DNA of 24,000 nt from Lactobacillus agrestimuris (GTDB taxonomy: Bacteria > Bacillota > Bacilli > Lactobacillales > Lactobacillaceae), in contig NZ_CALPCQ010000004.1 of the NCBI RefSeq assembly GCF_943193025.1, positions 1-24,000 on the forward strand, in the 5' to 3' direction. Position 1 is the first letter of the stretch, and every line of letters starts with the position of its first letter. Shown piece by piece: positions 19,102 through 24,000 of the stretch. The notes below the pieces were generated by a model. It searched no databases. It saw nothing but the letters and a program-made list of their open reading frames with translations, and was not told the DNA's origin. The translations under genes were made by a program, and so were the position numbers.

Positions 19102-20433
19102 ATGCCAGAGAAAAAACGGAAAGTTCCGAAAAGAATTGCACAGGCTGTGCTTAACTCTTTAAAGGGTGGGGTTGTTCCAAGAATTGGACTTCCTTATGTA
19201 ACAGTTGGACGTAAAAGTGAAATTGAAGCCTTTTTACACGATGTTGATGTAATTTCTGAAGGTGGAGCATCATTTAGATTTATCGTTGGGCGCTATGGCT
19301 CAGGTAAAAGTTTTCTGCTTCAAACCATTAGAAACTATGTCATGGATCGAAATTTCGTTGTTGTTGATGGTGATTTATCCCCAGAAAGACGCCTTCAAGG
19401 TGGAAAAGGTCAAGGGTTAGCAACATATCGTGAATTAATTCAAAATTTATCCACAAAAACTCGCCCAGAAGGTGGGGCATTAACTTTAATTCTTGACCGG
19501 TGGATAAATTCTGTGCAAAACGAAGTTATCCAAGAAACAGGTCTAACAGATGATGATCCAAAGTTTGAAAAAGAAATGGATAAAAAAATCTATGATGTTA
19601 TCAATAATTTAAGTGAGATGGTGCATGGTTTTGATTTCGCTAAAATTTTGAATATGTACTATCACGCTTATTTAGAAGACGATGATGAGACCAAGGCTAA
19701 AGTCGTTAAGTGGTTCCGCGGAGAATATACGCATAAAACTGAAGCTAAGAAAGAACTTGGTGTAAGCATCATTATCTCTGATGATGACTGGTACGAATAT
19801 TTGAAATTGTTTGCTAGTTTCTTCAAGCAAGCTGGTTATGCTGGACTCGTGATTATGATTGACGAATTGGTTAATATCTACAAAATTCCAAATGCAATTA
19901 GTCGTCAATATAACTATGAAAAAATCCTTACTATGTATAATGATGCGATGCAAGGTAAAGCCAAATATCTTGGCATTATTATGGCAGGAACTCCGCAATC
20001 AATTGAAGATCGCCGACGTGGTGTATACAGTTATGAAGCATTGCGTTCTCGTCTTTCAGAAGGTAAGTTCTCAAAGGCAGGAGCTCGTGATATGTATGCG
20101 CCAGTAATTAAACTTGATCCATTGACTGCAGAAGAAATGCTAGTTTTAACTGAGAAGTTGGCCGATATGCATGCTGGTTTTTATGGCTATGAACGCACAA
20201 TTACTGATGATAATTTAGCCCAATTTATCAAGATTGAATATGCTCGAATAGGTGCGGATACGAATATTACTCCGCGTGAAGTGATTCGTGATTTCATTGA
20301 ATTACTTGATATCGTTTGGCAAAATCCACAAACCAACATTGAAGAACTACTTAATTCAGATCAATTTTCTTACACTAAATCTGAAGCAGTTTCAGATGAT
20401 AAGAAGGATGATTATACTGAATTTACTATTTAA
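19102..20433 (+). CDS. BREX-type ATP-binding protein (BrxD-like P-loop ATPase)
   Basis: Walker A FIVGRYGSGKSFLLQTIRN, Walker B AGLVIMIDELVNIYK, MAGTPQSIEDRRRGVYSYEALRSRL, TPREVIRDFIELLD; start MPEKKRKV with a GGAG RBS. Confidence 0.85.
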   Translation: MPEKKRKVPKRIAQAVLNSLKGGVVPRIGLPYVTVGRKSEIEAFLHDVDVISEGGASFRFIVGRYGSGKSFLLQTIRNYVMDRNFVVVDGDLSPERRLQGGKGQGLATYRELIQNLSTKTRPEGGALTLILDRWINSVQNEVIQETGLTDDDPKFEKEMDKKIYDVINNLSEMVHGFDFAKILNMYYHAYLEDDDETKAKVVKWFRGEYTHKTEAKKELGVSIIISDDDWYEYLKLFASFFKQAGYAGLVIMIDELVNIYKIPNAISRQYNYEKILTMYNDAMQGKAKYLGIIMAGTPQSIEDRRRGVYSYEALRSRLSEGKFSKAGARDMYAPVIKLDPLTAEEMLVLTEKLADMHAGFYGYERTITDDNLAQFIKIEYARIGADTNITPREVIRDFIELLDIVWQNPQTNIEELLNSDQFSYTKSEAVSDDKKDDYTEFTI

Positions 20434-20450
20434 AGAAAGTAAGATGAATT

Positions 20451-22667
20451 ATGGACGTATTTGATCATTATGCTCCGTTTATTCAAGACTATATTTATGA
20501 ACATAATTGGCAAAATCTTCGTCCGATTCAGGTAGCAGCGGCCGAAGAAATTTTTACAACTAATCATAATGTGCTTTTGGCAGCATCAACTGCTTCTGGA
20601 AAAACCGAAGCAGCATTTTTTCCAATTCTGTCAGAAATTAGTGAAGAAAAAGCTGACTCAATTCAAGTTCTGTATATTGCACCACTAAAGGCTTTGATTA
20701 ACGACCAATATGATCGTTTAACTGAATTGTGTGAACCTGCTGATATTAAAGTTTGGCGCTGGCATGGAGATGTAGCACAGTCACAGAAAAGACGAATGTT
20801 AAAAAAGCCGTCAGGTATTTTACAAATTACACCTGAATCACTTGAAAGCTTTATGATTAATAAGCATATGGATGTGCCACGTCTATTTCATGGCTTGAAT
20901 TTTATCGTAATTGATGAACTTCATTCTTTTTTGCGTAGTGATCGTGGTGGACAGACTTTTTCTTTAATTGAACGAATCTCGAAATTGGCTGATGTGAATC
21001 CTAGACGAATTGGACTTTCAGCAACAATTGGAAATTTAGATGATGCAAGTAAATTTTTAGGTGCAGGTAGCAAGTATGATACGGTGGCACCACGAGCTCA
21101 AAATGATCGTCAAGTATGGCGTCTTTCAATGGAACATTTTTATGAAACCGATCCGCAGGCTTCAAGCAAGGACTTTGATCCAGCAGAAATTGTGGAAGCT
21201 AAAACTGACAAAGCACCGGAGTTGGCTGATCCGGGAATTGGGTATATTTTTGAACACACTAGAGGAGCAAAGTCGCTGGTTTTCACCAACAGTCGTGAAG
21301 AATGTGAGGCCGTGTGTCAGGAGCTGCGTGAATATTGCCGCTATAACCATGAACCAGATCGCTTCTTGATTCACCATGGTAATTTGTCGCCAGCTTTGCG
21401 TGAAACTGCTGAACAGGCGATGAAAGATGAAGATTCTTATATGACTACATGTGCTACGGCAACGCTGGAATTGGGAATCGATATCGGAAAACTAGAAGCA
21501 GCCTATCAAATTGATGCACCGTTTACAGTTTCAGGCTTTTTGCAAAGAATGGGACGAACGGGTAGACGGGGAACACCGCCAGAAATGCATTTTGTAATGC
21601 GAGAAGAACATCCAGAATCTAGAACGATGCTGCCAGATTTAATTCCGTGGTCACTACTTCAAGGAATTGCATTAGTTCAACTATATATTGAGGAAAAATG
21701 GGTAGAACCACCTAACCCTAATCGCTTGCCGTACAGTTTGCTTTATCATCAAACAATGAGTACTTTAGCAGCAAGTGGAGAAATGACCCCGGCAGAGCTG
21801 GCTTCAAGAGTTTTAACCTTGTCATATTTTCACAATGTTAGTCAGGAAGATTATAAGGTCCTACTCAAAAATTTGATTAAAACTGATCATATTCAGTGGA
21901 CTGAAAATAAGGGCTTAATTCTTGGACTGGCTGGGGAAAGAGTTGTTAATAACTTTAAATTCTATGCGGTTTTTCAAGAAAACGAGGAATTTAGTGTTCA
22001 TGCTGGTAGTGAAGAATTAGGTACGATTGTGAAGCCGCCACCTGTTGGTGATAAGATTGCGATTGCAGGTCGCGTTTGGGTGGTTGAAGATATTGACCGC
22101 AAGCGTCATCAAGTCTATTGTCACGGAGTTGAAGGTAGAATTCCTGCATATTTTGGGGATGTACCTGGTGATATTCATCCGCATATTTTGCACAGAATGA
22201 GAAAAATTCTATCTGAAACAAATATGTATCCATATTTGATGAAAAATGCGAAAGCTAGACTTACTCAAGTGCGTGATACAGCTAATATTGCAGGACTTCC
22301 TGATAAGCAACTAATTAATTTAGGTGGAAAAATGTGGGCATTTTTCCCTTGGACTGGTTCGTATGCGTTTTTAGCACTTGAACGATTGCTTAGAATTAAG
22401 TGTGCCGATCGACTTAATTTGCGCGGCTTTAATTCATCAAGACCTTATTACATGGAATTTGCGATGGATGCAAATGAAGAAGAATTTTTCAAGATTTTGA
22501 AAGAAGAAGCAAATAAGGACTTTGATCCGATGACTTTAGTGTATCCTAAGGAAGTTCCGGTTTTTGATAAGTATGATGAGTATTTACCAGATGAGCTGAT
22601 TAGAAAAGAATTTGCTCAGGGCGTCCTTGATATTGAAGAGATGAAACGTTGCGTTAATGCGATGTAA
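20451..22667 (+). CDS. DEAD/DEAH-box SF2 helicase, Lhr/BrxHI-like
   Basis: Motif I AASTASGKTEAAFFP, motif II VIDELHSF, motif III SATIG, motif VI QRMGRTGRRG; Lhr-like GLAGERVVNNFKFYAVFQENEEFSV in the C-terminal half. Confidence 0.9.
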   Translation: MDVFDHYAPFIQDYIYEHNWQNLRPIQVAAAEEIFTTNHNVLLAASTASGKTEAAFFPILSEISEEKADSIQVLYIAPLKALINDQYDRLTELCEPADIKVWRWHGDVAQSQKRRMLKKPSGILQITPESLESFMINKHMDVPRLFHGLNFIVIDELHSFLRSDRGGQTFSLIERISKLADVNPRRIGLSATIGNLDDASKFLGAGSKYDTVAPRAQNDRQVWRLSMEHFYETDPQASSKDFDPAEIVEAKTDKAPELADPGIGYIFEHTRGAKSLVFTNSREECEAVCQELREYCRYNHEPDRFLIHHGNLSPALRETAEQAMKDEDSYMTTCATATLELGIDIGKLEAAYQIDAPFTVSGFLQRMGRTGRRGTPPEMHFVMREEHPESRTMLPDLIPWSLLQGIALVQLYIEEKWVEPPNPNRLPYSLLYHQTMSTLAASGEMTPAELASRVLTLSYFHNVSQEDYKVLLKNLIKTDHIQWTENKGLILGLAGERVVNNFKFYAVFQENEEFSVHAGSEELGTIVKPPPVGDKIAIAGRVWVVEDIDRKRHQVYCHGVEGRIPAYFGDVPGDIHPHILHRMRKILSETNMYPYLMKNAKARLTQVRDTANIAGLPDKQLINLGGKMWAFFPWTGSYAFLALERLLRIKCADRLNLRGFNSSRPYYMEFAMDANEEEFFKILKEEANKDFDPMTLVYPKEVPVFDKYDEYLPDELIRKEFAQGVLDIEEMKRCVNAM

Positions 22668-22706
22668 AAGGCATAGCCGATTAGATTCGGTGATGCCTTT
22701 TTTATT
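22665..22706 (+). terminator. Terminator of the TerB/BrxD/helicase operon
   Basis: AAAAGGCAT-AG-CCGA-TTAGA-TTCGG-TG-ATGCCTTTTTTT two-part stem and T tract. Confidence 0.88.
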
Positions 22707-22841
22707 CTTAAATTAAGTTTTCAAGTAATAGAGTTTTAATCAGATAATTTCTATTTGTCTTAGATAAATTCATTAATATCATTTTTTATTTTTTAGAAGA
22801 GTTGTATACTAATCTTTAGTAAGCAAAAAGAGGGAAGAAAA

Positions 22842-23600
22842 ATGATACATAATTCAACTATAGATGCACAACTTAACCACCGCTCAATCAGAAAATACAA
22901 GGATAAAACTTTATCTAAAGAGCAATTAGAAACGCTCTACGAAGTTTTTCGTCAAACTCCAACCAGCATGTTCATGCAAAACGCAACTTTGATGCATATT
23001 ACCGATGAAGCAAAACGTGCCAAAATTCGTGAACTTTGCAATCAAAAGTATGTTGGTGCAGAAGGCGATTTATTCATCTTTGTAGTTGATCTTTACCGTA
23101 ATCAACAAATTCGTCACCAATTAGGAAAAGATGATGGTCGTGTTCACACAACTGATATTTTCTTCCAAGCTGTTGAAGATACCTTGTTGGCTTATCAAAA
23201 TGTGGCCAATGCTGTAGAAAGCATGGATCTTGGTTATGTGCCACTTGGTACCATCAATGATCATCCGCTTGAAATGCTTGCAGAATTAGACCTTCCAAAA
23301 TTGACTTTCCCAATCTTAGGAATGCAAGTTGGTGTACCTGACCAAGCACCACAATTGAAGCCACGTCTTCCACTTAAATTTACGACTTTTGAAAATGAAT
23401 ATTCAAAGGACTTTAATGTAAAGGATTTAGCAGATTATGATCAAGTTGTAACAACTTATTATGACTTGCGTGATTCTAATAAGAGAATCGATTCATTCAC
23501 TAATCAAATTACTGGTGCTAAGCTTGCAAAGCATGAAACTGATCGTGATGAATTACCAGAACTTTTACATAAACAAGAACTTTGTTTAGACTGGAAGTAA
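22842..23600 (+). CDS. Nitroreductase-family NAD(P)H-dependent flavin oxidoreductase
   Basis: NHRSIRKYKDKTLSKEQLETLYEVFRQTPTSMFMQN start, GYVPLGTINDHPLEM and FPILGMQVGVP motifs; GAGGGAAG RBS. Confidence 0.87.
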   Translation: MIHNSTIDAQLNHRSIRKYKDKTLSKEQLETLYEVFRQTPTSMFMQNATLMHITDEAKRAKIRELCNQKYVGAEGDLFIFVVDLYRNQQIRHQLGKDDGRVHTTDIFFQAVEDTLLAYQNVANAVESMDLGYVPLGTINDHPLEMLAELDLPKLTFPILGMQVGVPDQAPQLKPRLPLKFTTFENEYSKDFNVKDLADYDQVVTTYYDLRDSNKRIDSFTNQITGAKLAKHETDRDELPELLHKQELCLDWK

Positions 23601-23685
23601 CATAATTGTATATGTGGCAATAATATTTAGATTGGAACTAGCATAATTATATGAGACAATAATATGATAGAAGGAGTTGAAACAT

Positions 23686-24000
23686 ATGCCTTATTCACTA
23701 TCGGAGATTATTGTCTTATTTTTTACCTATTCAGTAATTGGCTGGCTATGGGAGACATTCTATTGTTCACTTAAGGATCATCATTATGATTATCGTGGAT
23801 TTCTTTTTGGGCCATATTGTCCAGTTTATGGTTTTGCAGTTACAACAATCTTAATTTGTACATATCGCTTTCAAGACAACATTATTTTGTTGTTCTTGGT
23901 CGGAATTGTGGTAGCGACAATTTTTGAATATGTGGCTAGTCTGTTTCTTGAAAAAGTTTTCCACATGGTTTTATGGGACTATTCACATTTATGGGGAAAT
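23686..24000 (+). CDS. CmpB-like membrane protein (putative ABC transporter permease family), truncated by window end
   Basis: Open frame translated from sequence: MPYSLSEIIVLFFTYSVIGWLWETFYCSLKDHHYDYRGFLFGPYCPVYGFAVTT...; AAGGAG RBS at 23671-23676. Confidence 0.75.
   Translation, partial: MPYSLSEIIVLFFTYSVIGWLWETFYCSLKDHHYDYRGFLFGPYCPVYGFAVTTILICTYRFQDNIILLFLVGIVVATIFEYVASLFLEKVFHMVLWDYSHLWGN

Noticed and set aside
19672-20107. Overlapping ORFs within the BrxD-like gene
   Set aside because: Out-of-frame or antisense to conserved P-loop ATPase motifs.
21061-22233. Three small ORFs within the helicase gene
   Set aside because: All overlap conserved helicase coding sequence in other frames.
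17235-22667. Calling this a complete BREX locus
   Set aside because: Only BrxD-like and BrxHI-like components are present; no PglZ, PglX, BrxA/B/C or PglW in the window.
1-24000. CRISPR arrays, transposons, prophage or integrase-type mobile elements
   Set aside because: No regularly spaced repeats and no transposase, recombinase or phage-like ORFs seen; intergenic dyads are explained as terminators or operators.

Overview
AT-rich Firmicutes chromosome segment, most like the Lactobacillus gasseri/johnsonii group (genus inferred from gene content and style, not from a search). In order it contains: the 3' end of a 5S rRNA; tRNA-Asn; a mannose-family PTS operon (EIIAB-EIIC-EIID-ManO/DUF956); a divergent LysR regulator / hexapeptide acetyltransferase pair; an APC amino-acid permease (-); adhE; a mannitol locus (mtlR, mtlA, mtlF, mtlD); pckA (-); a compact three-gene operon; a nitroreductase-family gene; and the start of a CmpB-like (putative ABC transporter permease) membrane protein. 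The three-gene operon encodes a TerB-N/TerB-C protein with a YjbR-like N-terminus, a BrxD-like P-loop ATPase and an Lhr/BrxHI-like SF2 helicase. It sits between metabolic genes, without other BREX genes or mobile-element genes, and is the best candidate for a poorly characterised system. Other leads: a second IIB-like domain in MtlA where the phospho-cysteine position aligns with His; a possible loss of the catalytic His in the acetyltransferase; a layered adhE control region (cre, two dyads, Rex-like box); and a Rex-like box in the pckA promoter region.
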